In this document: in pieces, positions 1 through 12,729 of the stretch
Numbering within the stretch: position 1 is the stretch's first letter
Layout of the letters: every line of letters begins with the position of its first letter
Assembly (NCBI RefSeq): GCF_009834535.1
Contig: NC_045696.1
Coordinates: 56,422,001 to 56,486,000, forward strand
Reading direction: 5' to 3'
From: Camelus ferus
Taxonomy: Eukaryota
DNA length: 64,000 nt
Notes under the pieces: model-generated
Told to the model about the DNA's origin: nothing
The model's input: only the letters and a program-made list of their open reading frames with translations
Database searches by the model: none
Program-made: the position numbers and the translations under genes

Positions 1-1353
1 TTATGATATAAACTCTTCAGAAAGTGGGCTTAGAAGGAACATATCTCAACATAATAAAAACATTATATGACAAACCCATATGTAACATCATACTCAATGG
101 TGAAAAACTGAATTTCTCCTAAGATCAGGAACAAGACAAGGATGCTCACTTCCTCCACTTCTGTTCAACTTAGTTTTGGCAGTGCTAGCTACAGCAATCA
201 GAGAAGAAAATGAAGTTTAAAAAATTTAAATAGGAAAAGGAGTAAAACTGTCACTGTGTCAAGATGACATGATACTATACACAGAAAATCCTAAAGAGAC
301 TAACAGAAAACTATGAGAGCTCATCAATGAATTTGATAAAGTTGCTGGATACAAAATTAATACACAAAAAAACTGTTGCATTTCTATACACTAACAACAA
401 AATATCAGAAAGAGAAATTAAGGAAACAATCCCATTTACCATTGCTTCAAAAAGAATAAAATATCTAGCAATAAACCTACCAAAAGAGGCAAAAGACCTG
501 TGCTCTGAAAATTATAAGATGCTGATAAAAAAAAATGAAGGTGACAGAAACAGATAGAAAGATATACCATGTTCTTGGATCGGAAGAATAAATATTAAAA
601 TAAATACCAATGCAATCTACAGATTCAATGCAATTCCTATCAAAAATGGCCTTTTTCACAGAACTAGAACAAGTAATTTTAAAATTTGTATGGGAACACG
701 AAAGACCTCAAATAGCCAAAACAATCTTGAGAAAAAAGAACAGAGCTGGAGGAATCATCCACCCCGACTTCAGACCATACTACAGAGCTACAGTGATCAA
801 AACAGCATGGTAGTGGCACAAAAAAACAGATCAACGGAACAGGATAGAAAATCCAGAAATAAATCCATGCACGTATGGTCAATTAATCTAAGACAAAGGA
901 GACAAGAATATATGATGGAGAAAAGACAATCTCTTCAATAAGTGGTGCTGGGAATACTGGACAGCTACAAGTAAAAGAATGAAATTAGAACATTCTCTAA
1001 CACTGTATACAAAAATAAACTCAAAGTGGATTAAAGACCTAAATGTGTGACTGGATACTATAAAACTCCTAGAGGAAAACATAGGCAGAACACTTTTTAA
1101 CATAACATTTTTTTGGGATCTATCTCCTAGAGTACAGGAAATAAAAGCAAAAATAAACAAATGGGACCTAATTAAACTTAAAAGCTTTCACACAGCAAAC
1201 GATACCATCAACATACTGAAAAGTCAATCTACTAAATGAGAGGAAATATTTTCAAATAATATGACTGATAAGGGATTAATATCCAACATATATAAATAGC
1301 TCATACAACTCAACATCAAAAAAGACAAACAGCTCGATTTAAAAATGGGCAGA
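1..1353 (+). mobile_element. LINE-1 ORF2 fragment (RT region to C-terminal region), decayed
   Basis: Translations such as AFLYTNNKISEREIKETIPFTIASKRIKYL and [35 protein letters not shown] are L1 ORF2. Multiple frameshifts and stops; runs off the window start. Confidence 0.93.
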
Positions 1354-1534
1354 TACACAGGGAACTATATTCAATATCTTGTAGTAACTTATGGTGAAAA
1401 AGAATATGAAAATGAATATATGTATGTTCCTATATGACTGAGCATTGTGCTATAAACCAGAAATTGACACAACATTGTAAACGGACTATACTTTGTTAAA
1501 AAATATATTATAAATAGATAAATAAATATTTTTT
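1354..1534 (+). mobile_element. Younger 5'-truncated L1 3' end nested in the older L1
   Basis: L1 3' UTR-type sequence (cacagggaactatattcaatatcttgtagtaac...gaaattgacacaacattgtaa) with A-rich tail, flanked by the direct repeat aaatgggcaga at 1343-1353 and 1535-1545. Confidence 0.85.
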
Positions 1535-3464
1535 AAATGGGCAGAAAGACTCTTTGGCTTTTTTACCTCTTGGTCTGTGCTACTTATAAATTGGTGAATG
1601 ACTTGTAAGGAAAATATCTCAAATTTATTGGGCTGATTCCTCTGTGCCTCTTTCCTTTCCATGATCATGGTCGCTCATGTTCCGACTCATTTAGTATCCT
1701 TGAATTCCCTTTTTCCCCTTCTCAGTCCTATCAGGCTACAGAATGTTCTGCTCAGCTTCTCTGACTCTAAGCAGCTGGTTTTTGCCTGGCTTCTTAGCTT
1801 CTCCTCACATGCTACTTAATAAATGGTAAATGTCTCAAGGAAAAATACAACCTAGAATGTGGGGCACTCAATAAATTTCTCTTCTTTCTGAGGTCTTAGC
1901 TCTCAAGCCCTGGCTATCTTTTATGCCTTCAAATAGATTTCTGAAATCCAGCTTTTCTAGATGTCTCCTCTGGGAGCAATGGTCTACTACCAGGTAATCC
2001 ATTATGTCCAGAGGCAGATGCTTAATGTCTTGTAATATGTTTAACCTTCAATTTTTTTTTACTGACAAGACCAAACTCTTAAAGATAATCTTCACAGACA
2101 CAAATCACAGTGCAAACAGTATAAGACGTAACTATCTTTACTATTAACTATGAGACCATCTAAGATACATTATAGAATGCCTAAGTTGTAAGAGACAAAC
2201 TTTACAGGAATTGGTTTAACTATCAGTATTACTCTGTTAGTGCATATTTGGAAATTAAAAGTTTATGTAAAATGATGTATTAACAGAAAAGAAGATACTA
2301 TTCTTCAGGTTTATATACCTCCAAACCAAAGTTAAAATTTCTCCTTAGAAATCAGTCACAGTGACTTCTCTCCTGGTTTTCTTTTCTTCTCTTAGTTTTC
2401 AATCTAGGACACAAAAATCCATCTGAAAGCTACCGAGTAAAAAATGCAGCATGTGTTACAGAAGCCAGCAGCAAAATGTCTGCCACAAGACTTCATAATT
2501 TTGTTGCCTCTGCTTCTAATGTTTGCATTCTGAACACAGAATCACAACTGGGTTTCTAATACAGATTAGAGATCATAGATTTCCACAGAGTGTCCATAAG
2601 CTCACAGGCCCACTGGTCACTGAGCAGCCTTCAGGTAAGGATTTTTAAAATCTCATACACTTCTTGCTACTTTGTCAGTTCACCATTTATTTATATTTCA
2701 CTTGCTCATACTCACCAGCTTCCCTTAATGCTTCTCTATTTTCTGCAACCCTGGTGTAGTGAGGAATCCCATTCCTCCCCAGTCTTGTGGACTAGACTGA
2801 ATTTTTATGTGCAAACAAGAGCAAAACTAACAATGAAGCCCAAGTAGTCCTGGGATGCTCACTCCAAATGCCAGATTGGGTAAAATCATTTGTTTAAAAA
2901 TGTTCGCATCTGTTGCTTGGCACTGATCCTTAAGCTCCAAGACCCCTACCTTCTCAACTAATTATCTTCATGTCAAGTAATCAGTTGTAGTTGATTGACT
3001 ATATACTCATAAAAATCCCCAAATCCCAAATCCTTCAAAATAGAGGGAAGAGACCGAGATGGAATCAAAGAACTTTTCTCAATCCAGCTATTAAGGAAAG
3101 GGCACAACAAAAAACATGCAGAGACAATGCTGTGAGAAAGTACTGAAACAGCCTATTTTCTCTGAAAGCATCCCCTCCACACTGATCACACTGCTCCTGC
3201 CACAGATGAAGACCATGTATAATTCCTCAGCATGGAATAAATGAGCAAGGGGAATTGTAAACAGTCTGGCCAACCACAGCAACAGACACAATGCAACCGA
3301 GATACGGCAGACCCTGCTCCCCACTGATATAATCCACACTTGGCAAGGATGAGTTCTCACTGCAGGGCACTCCTGCCTAAACACACAGGCTCCCCGGAGA
3401 AAGGCGGTGGGAGAGGGGAGAACAAGACAAAGAAGGGAGGGAAGCAACCGCTGCAGGGGAGACC

Positions 3465-3985
3465 CACAGTCAGCATTAAAATTGTGTGTGTTCCCTTTGA
3501 CCCAGGAACGCCAATTTGGGGAATTTTCCTTGGAAAATAAAAACCAAAGTGTAAGGATAAATGTAGAATGTTCATTGTGGCATAACTTGTTGTGTAAAAC
3601 AAAACAAAACAAAACACTGGATGAAAACCCAGAATATCTATAAATACAGAAATAACGGGGAAAATTATGGAACTTCCTGCAAAGCAGTACTAGGTAGCTA
3701 TTAAAAACAATACATTGGATCAATTATATGTATATATTTGTAAAAAATGTACATAATATAATAAATAAAATGAAACATAGAGTAACTATTATTATATAAT
3801 TCCATTTACACATGAAATAGAAAATAACTCTACAATGTTTGAACGTAGAAAAGGAGTGAAGTGGTTTTGTCAGGAAGACGGAGGAGAGAAGAGGTGGAGA
3901 TAGTAACATTTTCTTCATATACTGCTATCTTACTGGACTTGTTATAATGAGTGTATATTACTTTTATAATTTAAAATTAAAATAC
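3465..3985 (+). mobile_element. Ancient L1 (L1M-type) 3' end fragment
   Basis: Degenerate L1 3' motifs (ccctttgacccagg...aatgttcattgtggcataacttg...aaattatggaac). Confidence 0.5.
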
Positions 3986-6586
3986 ACTTAAAATATAAAA
4001 AGGATTTATTATAGCTGTAGAGTTATTTATTAAGCTGTGGAAGTAATGCCAGACCCCAGAGCTCAGTGGGAGTGTGTAGTTCTCTGGCATTTGCTTTAAA
4101 TTGATCCTGGTGGGTAGAGGTAGACAACAACTTCTGCTCCTAGAGAGGCCTCACCTCGAGTCCCTCCATTGAAGCCAACTAAAGCACAGACTCGACAGCG
4201 CCTCTGGGAATGGCCAGTGGTTGTGGAATGAAAGCTACATCTACCTCTCCAAAGGCTCAGCTGCAGAGCCTCCCAAGGGGCTGCCAGAGCTGGTGAGCAG
4301 CCGGCAGAGGTGTGGATGAGAACTGAACAGGCTTTTATCTGGGAAAATCCCGCTACTCCGACCACTAACAGCTTTTGTTGGCTCCTGTTCCATTCTCCTA
4401 AGATGAGATGCACAAGACTTGCCCAGCTGCTGCAGGAATCAACACTAAACTCTGTGGGAAAGATGCTGCCACCCAGGTTAAAGTGTTCTGTGTTAGCACC
4501 TTGGCAGAAGATTCTTTGAGGACTACTAGAAGCCAGTTGTGGGACTTCCAGTTGTCACCCACATGATGTCATTAAGGCCCTGGAGGTGTGACAGTTGGCT
4601 TAATATTTGCAATTTGGTTTCATGCTAATAGAAGCTTCCAGATCTTCAGGGGAGCAATAGATATACAAAATCCAATCACAACAGAAGCTAGCAGCCTGCA
4701 AAGAATTAACTTTTCTGTTCATTCATCTTCCAACATCTTTTTTTCTGTTCTTGTACAATCCTCTGTCCTCCATCTGTGCTTCTTCTTTCTCCCTGCTTAA
4801 TTTCTTTAGTAGATTTCTTACTTAATGTTTTCTTGATTATCATAGAGATGCATGCTTATAATAGCAATTGTGGAAAATATGGATAAATTTAAAAAAGAAA
4901 AATAATCATTTATAATCCCACATCTGGTAATATTTAGAAATGATTTCTTGTTATCTTTATACTTTTTTAGAGTAGGTCTACATTTGTGTATCTTTGCAAG
5001 TACAGTTGAACTCACGTATATATCTAACATCATGAAAGAATATGAGAGAACGTGATGGAAGTGGGAAAGGGGATTTGGACGGCGTGTTGCTGCTGGTCTC
5101 TGCACGGTTGTGGTGTGGCTATGTGTTCTGGTGTGTCGAGCCTATATTAATATTCCTCAGACTGACTGACAACAGCCTTTTCTTTTCCCTTCATGGCTGC
5201 CTTGGAAGTCAGCAATATTTGCTGGAAAAGATTCCCATGGGTGGTTATTTGATCTTCCTTCCTCCCAGTTTTTCACTTGCAGATAACTGGATACCTAGCA
5301 GGTCACTACTCCCTTCCCTTTCCTGTCTCCTGACATTGTCTCTCCTACTCCCTCTATACTCCAATCTTCTGGGATAACAAACAGCATCCAAAAGCAGGCA
5401 GCTGTCATGAGTCAGGGCACAAAAACAGAAATGTACATTTGGAAAAGGCATTCAATTAAGCTTGCAGCCTGTTCACCTGTTCAGGGGAAATATTACAACC
5501 AATGTGGCCCTTGGGAGATTCCACTTCATGCAGAAAATAAGGAATATTTTAGATTAGAGCCAAGAAGGCCGTTGTTGGTCTGGAGTTTTGCCCTTTCCCT
5601 AGTTAAGACACTGGCATCTGCCTCCTCTCTCAAGATCTCCCCAGTTACCCTTGGAATTCAGGATGGAGAGCTGACAGTGCTGACTGATAGTTCGCCCTTC
5701 CAGCACAGGTAGACAGCAATGGGAGGGCCCAGAGCCTTCTTTCCTGGGTGTTCCCAGTGTCACTCTGGAACAGGTGCCCATGGCAGCAAGAAAGCAGTTC
5801 CAAACAGCAAGGTCCAGAGCAGAATCGTGAAGTTTCTCTAAGAGGTCCTTCCATGCTCTTTTCTGTCTTCATACTAAGAAACCGCTTGTCCCCATCAGGA
5901 CTTCAGAACTCTCTGACTAATCTACACGCATGCAAAGTTCCTCGCGGCAGCCCTGAAGACTGAATTCCCCAGGACCATCACTTCCACAATGATCTCTTCC
6001 TTATCACAAACATCATCAAGTGGAGATGCTGAGAGGTTTCACACCTCTCGCTCCCTATTTTTCACTACAGAGTTAAAAATAAACATCCTTGGGCACTTTT
6101 GAACAGGAATCGTAATCTGAAGGGAGACACGTGGAAGGTGGCCGGCAGTCCGGTCTACAGGTTGTCACTCTGCGTGGCCTCAGCCCTCTGCTGCCAGTTT
6201 TCTCTGCAGTCACCATCCAGTAGCCGGGTCGAAGCAGGTCTGAATTCTGCAAAGACGGTCTGCCGGCCTCACTGCCTTGGTCCTCTGTTGCCAGGCAACC
6301 TAGCCTGAAGTACACTGACCCAGATTTAGGTTCAGGCGATAAAGGGGTACTTAGACCCTTTCAAATCCCCTCCACTGAGGCAAAGTGGCCATAAAAGAGG
6401 TCAGAGGATGCAGCATATGGCCTATCAATTCAGTTTGACTCGGAGCATTCTGAGTGTATGTGTGATAAGGGGCAAGAGGGCGGTTGGTGAGACCTGTTCC
6501 TGGTGAGTCCCCGGAGTACACCAAATGGATCTGACCTCCCCTTGTCTACATCCTTCAGAGTAGACTACACAAAGTCTCTAGACTGA

Positions 6587-6622
6587 GAGAGCACCGAATC
6601 CTAACCACTAGACCACCAGGGA
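6587..6622 (-). pseudogene. Tailless retrocopy of the 5' half of tRNA-Glu(CTC)
   Basis: Reverse complement TCCCTGGTGGTCTAGTGGTTAGGATTCGGTGCTCTC matches nt 1-36 of tRNA-Glu-CTC as recalled, with one CpG-type change. Flanked by an 18-bp direct repeat at 6568-6585 and 6627-6644. Confidence 0.88.
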
Positions 6623-8019
6623 GTGTCACAAAATCTCTAGACTGGATTGGACATGGTAGAAAATTCTGGAAGTGCCTTGGACATAAACAGACCTCAAGGC
6701 CTTGCTCAGGCTGGATGCACCATCCAAGAATTATTTAAAATTGGACCCAATCTCAGGTCAAAAGTTATGTGGTTCCCTACAACAGAGTGAAGTCCACGCT
6801 CTTGGTCCTTTACAAGTTGGCCTTCAGTGCTCCCGCCTTATCTCTCACTGCAAACCTGCCCTGACCCTCCACGCGCCACCTCTTCACCTTACTCAAGCCA
6901 CACCAGCACTCGGCCCCACCTCGAATGTCTGCTCAACTTACCTGTCTCTCTGGAAATGCCCTTCCACACCACAACTGCCAGTCAAACAACCACATCTCCT
7001 TCAGACCTTGACTCAAAAGGCGCTTCTTCCTTGGAAGAAAATAATGATCCCTCTTGAAATAGCTAGTTCTCTACCCTCCACCTGGAAACTCTGGCTAGCC
7101 TCCACTCCTTCCCCCATAGTTTCATAGCAGGTGTGATAACTTAATTATAGCAGTCGGCAGAGTTGTCTTATGTAGGCCTTGTCTACATCGGTGTTGAAGG
7201 AACTGTGTCCTTTACAAGGCTGATTATTTCATTCATCTATTCGGAATGAACGCACGCCATCTTAATTAATCCCTCCTCACGATGACAAGCTCTTTTGCCC
7301 CAGCCCCTCTGGACTCACACCTTCAGGGATACTACATTAACTGTCCCTGCTCTTCTGGAATCATTTTTGTCAGCACAAGCATCTTTCTCCTGACCCAGAC
7401 ACTACTGATACCCATTCTTCTGTGTGCTCACTCTCCCCTATCCCTAGAAAGCAAGGTGCTCTGCAAGGTGGGTTCAGTATCACCAATGTTCTCTGGCCGT
7501 ATCATCTGTCTCTGTTGGAGCAGCTCATGATTATGACAAGTGTCTCTGAGAAACACCTTGAGAAGTCTGGATGGAAACCAATGCCCCATGGAAACACATA
7601 AATATTTTATCAGGCTCTGAACAAGACTCTTGTTCATAAATATTTCAACCCTTCGATGGCAGCATGCTCAGTGGCTGATCAGAGTCAACTTGTGCTGGGA
7701 TGGGGAGCAGGGAGGAGGAGGGGGACACAGCAGCGGTGGCAGCAGGCACTCTACAGTCTCCTTTACGGATAAGAAGCACTGAAAGTGCACTCGGGGGCTG
7801 CCCGATTGGGATGGACACTCATTTTCCAAGTGCCCTCTCTCGGCAGCGGGAGGAGGTCAGCGCTCAGTGGGGCTGTCTACGGAAGGCACTGTGGGGCTGC
7901 AGGCGGACTGCCACATCAGTCACCACCCCCATAACCTGCCAGACTTCTCTCAGCACTTGTGGCACAAAGAAGACTTCCAGATAAAGTACACAGGACTTAA
8001 AATGAGGCAGAATCTATAG

Positions 8020-8395
8020 GAATGCTCATGGAAGCTTTATTCAAAATAGCCCCAAATTGGAATCAACCCAAGTGTCCATCAATAAGAGAATGGAGAAATA
8101 GATGGTAGATATTCATATGGTGGAATACTATCTTGGAATAAAAGGAAATGAACAAACTGATAGACTCACCCACGTGGATGAATTTCATAGACACTGTGTC
8201 CAGCAAAAAGAAGTCAGACACAAAAATATATCCTGTGTGAATGTTGTTTATATGATGTTCAGGAACCAGCAAAACTAATCTATGATAATAGAAATCATAA
8301 CAAAAGTTGCTCCTGGGAGGTGGGGGTGACTAGCAAGGGGCATGAGGGAAATTTCTGGGACTGAAAGGTCTATATCTTGTTTGGGATGAGGGTTT
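8020..8395 (+). mobile_element. Old L1 3' end fragment (L1MC/L1MD-like)
   Basis: Typical motifs aatagccccaaattggaatcaacccaagtgtccatcaa and aaaagaagtcagacacaaaa...aaaactaatctatg. Confidence 0.8.
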
Positions 8396-8599
8396 GTCAA
8401 AAATAACCCAGCTTCTGGCACAGGACTCAGCTTCAAAGCACTGTGAGGATACAAGTGGCTACTGAGCTCCAGGATCATCACTCACCTATAAAACATTGAT
8501 TAACCTGAATTACTTACAAGGACTTCTAGTATTTTACCAAGCATTCTGCAACCCTCATGGCAGGCAAGGTCTTGTTTGTGTCATTTAATTATCTAGTTA

Positions 8600-9100
8600 A
8601 TTCAATAATTATTTATTAATTGCTTACAATATGCCAAACATAAACAGAGCCATGGATAAAAAAAAAAATTCTTGTCTTTATGAAACTTACATTTGAGTGG
8701 GGGACATGTGGATGATTAACATAGAAACGGACATACTATAAAATGCCAGGTAATGATGAGTGCAGTGAAGACAGCTGAAGCAGGGTCAGAGAACAGGGAG
8801 TGACAAAGCACTGTTTTGGATCAGGTGGTCAAGGATGGAGAAAGTAACACTCGAAAAAAGCCCTGAATGAACTAAGGAAAGAAGCAGTGCACATATCTGA
8901 GGGAAGAGTGTGCAGGCAGAGAAGAGCAGGGAAGGCGGTAAAGTGAGGGGAGAGTGACAGAATACGTCAAAGAGGCCAGATCGCATAGGGCTTTGGTAGG
9001 TCCTGGTAGAGAACTGGATTTTATTACAAGTGTGAGGGATTTTATTCCATTGGAGGATGTTAAGCAGGGGATTGATATAATCCAACTGATGTTTTAACAA
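8600..9100 (-). mobile_element. L2 LINE 3' fragment
   Basis: Antisense L2 motifs (ttcaataattatttatt...cttacatttgagtgggg...ggccagatcgcatagggctttg...ggaggatgttaagcagggg). Confidence 0.7.
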
Positions 9101-11269
9101 TGGAAAAAAGGAAGCAATTAAGAGATTTGCCTAAGATTCTTCAGGAAGAGTCAGAGGAGTAAGATCCTATCCCCGCCACCCCCGCCCTCAGAAATGTTAA
9201 TTTCCTTCACACATCTATTTCTTAACCACCTTCTAATTCAAGCTCTGTCCAGGACCAGATAACATATGCCTGGATTGCAAAATCTGATTTTTATTAACAG
9301 TTAACGTCTGAAGATGATTATAAGTTTATAAGAGAGGTAGGTAACTTTTCTGTACGTCTGAAATTTTTCATAATAACATGTCCTTCAACATGTTATAAAA
9401 AGAGGTAGGAATGTGCATCATTTATCAAGGTAAAATTCATCAGTAACTGCATATGAATGTTAGGGTTCTCAACACCTTTCTGCAAAATAAATGGTCTAAT
9501 TTTTAACTAAATGTGGAACATTCTTTTCAGCTTTCAAATCCAACTTGTGGGCCCCAAGTCAGTTCACCTTCCACCGTCTCTGTGGAAGGTCAGAGCCTCA
9601 GTGCCTTTCTCCTCTCTCCCTCAGCCCCCACTTACTCTCTGTGAGTAGAAAGAAATGCAAATTCGGGAGAAGGGGAGACTTTTCAGAGATGTTCTCTACA
9701 ACATCAACCCCATCTGGAAATGGCCCTATAATCAAACAACAAATAAGGAAAGATTAAAACCTTCAGCAGGAAACAAACTGTTAAGCGTCTACTGTCCTCC
9801 CCAGAGAACCTCTTTCCCTTCATCATTACTCTCCTACTCTTCTGAGTGCCTCCTGGGCGGGAAGTCTAGGCTGGAAGTTGCTTCATCCCACCTACCTTTG
9901 GGCCACAATTCTGCTTCACTAGACTTGGAAATTCTCTATCCCCAGGCTATCATAACTCTGCCTCTGACCAGGCTTAATGCTAGACTTTACTGGGGAACAG
10001 GGAGAAGCTAAAAGCTGGAGGCAAAAGAGAAGGGGAAATATAGGGAGCACTCCAGAGACACTGGCAGCCCTGAAGTGGAATTAGGCTGGCAAAATAGGGA
10101 CCAGAGAGCCACCGTTCCCCTCCCAAAGGATTCTTAACTCAAGCAAAGCCTGCCAAGGCATTTTCTTCTCCAGACTCAAACTACCTTAACAATACATACA
10201 AATCACTTCCTCAGCCATTTGTCTCCACACCCTTTTGCTCCAACTGCAGCAAAGGAAGAAGCTGCTGTTTTGCAAGCCTGGCTGCTACTCAGCCTGCAGG
10301 GAGGCCTTCTATGCTGCATTTAGCCGTTGGTGGAGAAAAATCAGTTTTCCTTTGCAGGCCTTGCTGCCTCATACAATTGCATCAACAATTTTTCCAGCTT
10401 TTAATCCCCATCTCAAAATCTTTCACTTTTACGTGGAGATGCCATAATTTAATGTTACCCTCCATATCCTGGTTCAAAGGACTACACCAGAAAAGACATT
10501 TCATTATAGGCTAGGACATAATTTGCCTATTATTCATGCAGGCATGTACCTAAGAAACCAACAAAGGGAAGAGTAAGAGCATGCCAAGACTTCTCGCCCC
10601 ACAGATTTCTATTCTAAAATGTTAACAACAAAACTCGATTAAAAAAAAACCTCAAGGTTCGGATTCTGCAGTGTCGCATATATACCCAGACACACACTAT
10701 TCAGACGCCAAGTTCAAACAAGTGGCCTCAAGTTTCCGGATAGAGCCAAGTAGGAGACGAGTGCTCGCCAGGGTACAAGGATGCTGCAGCTCCCGGGAGA
10801 CTCTCCTTGGCCCAGAACAAGGCAATTCGACAGACCGCGGTGCAATAAAACTCTCGTCAGGACTTCACAATCTCCGTGAGGAAGTCCACCCTATCTACCG
10901 CCCTGCACCCCTGGGTGAACGCGCCCCTGCCAGGCAGATGGGACCAGCCTGGCGAGGAGGCTCTCTCCCTGCAGTTCCGTCTGAACAGTCTGTCGCTCAT
11001 TCAAGCAAACACAACAGCCGCAGCCCCTCTTCCCAACAAACACCAATGCTCTCCTCCCTCTCCTCAGGAAGCTGCCACGGGCATCCCTGCTCAGTGACCT
11101 CGGGCTCGCTTCCAGTTTCGAAGGTAGTTTCTTTACCGTTTCCGAAGAAGCAGCCCAGATTCTGAAGAGGAGACAAAGTGCTCCCATTCCTTTCCACTTT
11201 GTACCTTAGTGTTTGATGTTTTGTAGACATATCGTGTCCACAGAGAGGTCCCCACAAAATCCCGAATTT

Positions 11270-11780
11270 GGGACCCTCAAGGGCGCGCTGCTCACCTCAC
11301 CAGGTCCGGAACCGCCGAGGAGCGCCAACCCCGCGGTGCCCGGGTCTCTCGCGGGTGCGCGGGGCCGGAAGGGACGGGGAGGGGCGGCGGCAGCACAGCG
11401 GAGCGCCGCGCCCATCGCCGCGCGGGGAGCAGAGCGCGGAGGCGGCGGGACGGCGGCGCCGGGCTCTGCGGTCTGCGCGGGGCGCGCGGTGCCTGCGGGG
11501 CTGCCGCCGGCGGGCCCTGGCGGGGCCGCGCGTCCAGCCCCTCCCTTGGCACCGCCCCGCACGCGGCGCCAGACCGAGCGCTCGGCCGGGAGCGCCCGCA
11601 GGCTAGGACGGCTCGGAGCCCCAGGAACCCTGCGCGCCGCGCCCTCCTGCCCGCTCCCGCGTCCGGTCCCCTGGGGCAGCCCGGCCTCCGGCCGCTGGGC
11701 TCCCAGACCCCCTCCGTGGGCGCCTTCCTTCAGCCTGGGCTTGCGGCTGCCGGAGGACCTGGCCCCGGGGCCGTGGAGCC
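11270..11780 (-). promoter_or_regulatory. GPR156: CpG island; probable promoter and non-coding first exon of a minus-strand gene, by synteny GPR156
   Basis: A dense CpG island is seen directly, with minus-strand donor motifs CTG|GTGAG and GAG|GTGAGC at 11291-11300. The gene name rests only on recalled mammalian order GPR156-LRRC58-FSTL1 (all same strand). No GPR156 coding sequence was recognised in the window. Confidence 0.6.
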
Positions 11781-12729
11781 TCAAGCTTGGGTCCCAAATA
11801 TCCATTTTTATTTCTAAGATGGAGTTACCAATTCATATTCTTATTTTATCCTCTGTAGGTTTTCCAAATGCTTTACGTTGAGTTTGTATTCACTTTATTA
11901 TCAGATGAGAACGTTGCTTTTCCCAGGATTGTTAAAAGGAAACCCAAACAAGATGTTTACCCATGAAAAATATGCATGAGCTTTGTGTTTAAGACATCCT
12001 TAAAAAGTCACAGGGTGAGAGAGATGGAGATGGTCTTGGAGAGACTTTCCATATTTTCATTTACTTTAAAACCTCAGACGTGTTGTGCTCGTTGGGAAGC
12101 CCCACATTTTCTCCACTGCGTGGAGGAAACCCTTGGCTGGCGAGGAGGGAAGGGAGGGAAGCTGGGTAGTGACATTCTTAGATGTCTTATGCACTATGCT
12201 ACCCAAGAGGTTTCTTTTCACAGAAAGGGTACTAATGAAGGGGGACATTAGAGGAAGAAAGGATAGCCAAGGGTTTCCTCAAGGCAGTGAGCAAAAAGCT
12301 GGATTTCCCGAGTGCAGGAATTATGCCTGAGATTCTACCCAGGTCTCTTCCAGATCTCTCGTTCTTTCTGTACAGCCTGACCTGTGCATTTGGAACAGAC
12401 AGAAAGTGAGGGAGACAGATTTGATCCTCTTTCTTGGGAGTTGCTTTAGTTAAGAAGGCACGTGGGTTTAACGTCTCCTCAGGGCAGCTGAGTCCAGAGA
12501 CCAGAAACAGCTCCTCAGTTCTGTGATTGTAGATTGAGGATTTGTCCTTCTTAACTTTATAGGGCTTTTGTTTCATCTCAGAATTTCTCCTTACTCTTAG
12601 CCCATTATTCTCAACAGTCCTCCTATATTCTGCAAGATACTGGAATCTTTCTCCCGACATAGTTCCTACCTTCAATCCCAATGTTCTTTTTCCAGTTGGA
12701 GTATCCCCAAGTCCTCACTTGCCATGCAC

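Noticed and set aside
3091..3723. 210-aa minus-strand ORF
   Set aside because: No recognisable domain, and it overlaps a decayed L1 fragment.
11206..11881. Overlapping 199-aa and 222-aa ORFs on both strands
   Set aside because: Ala/Gly/Pro/Arg-rich translations with no recognisable domain, typical of stop-poor CpG islands.
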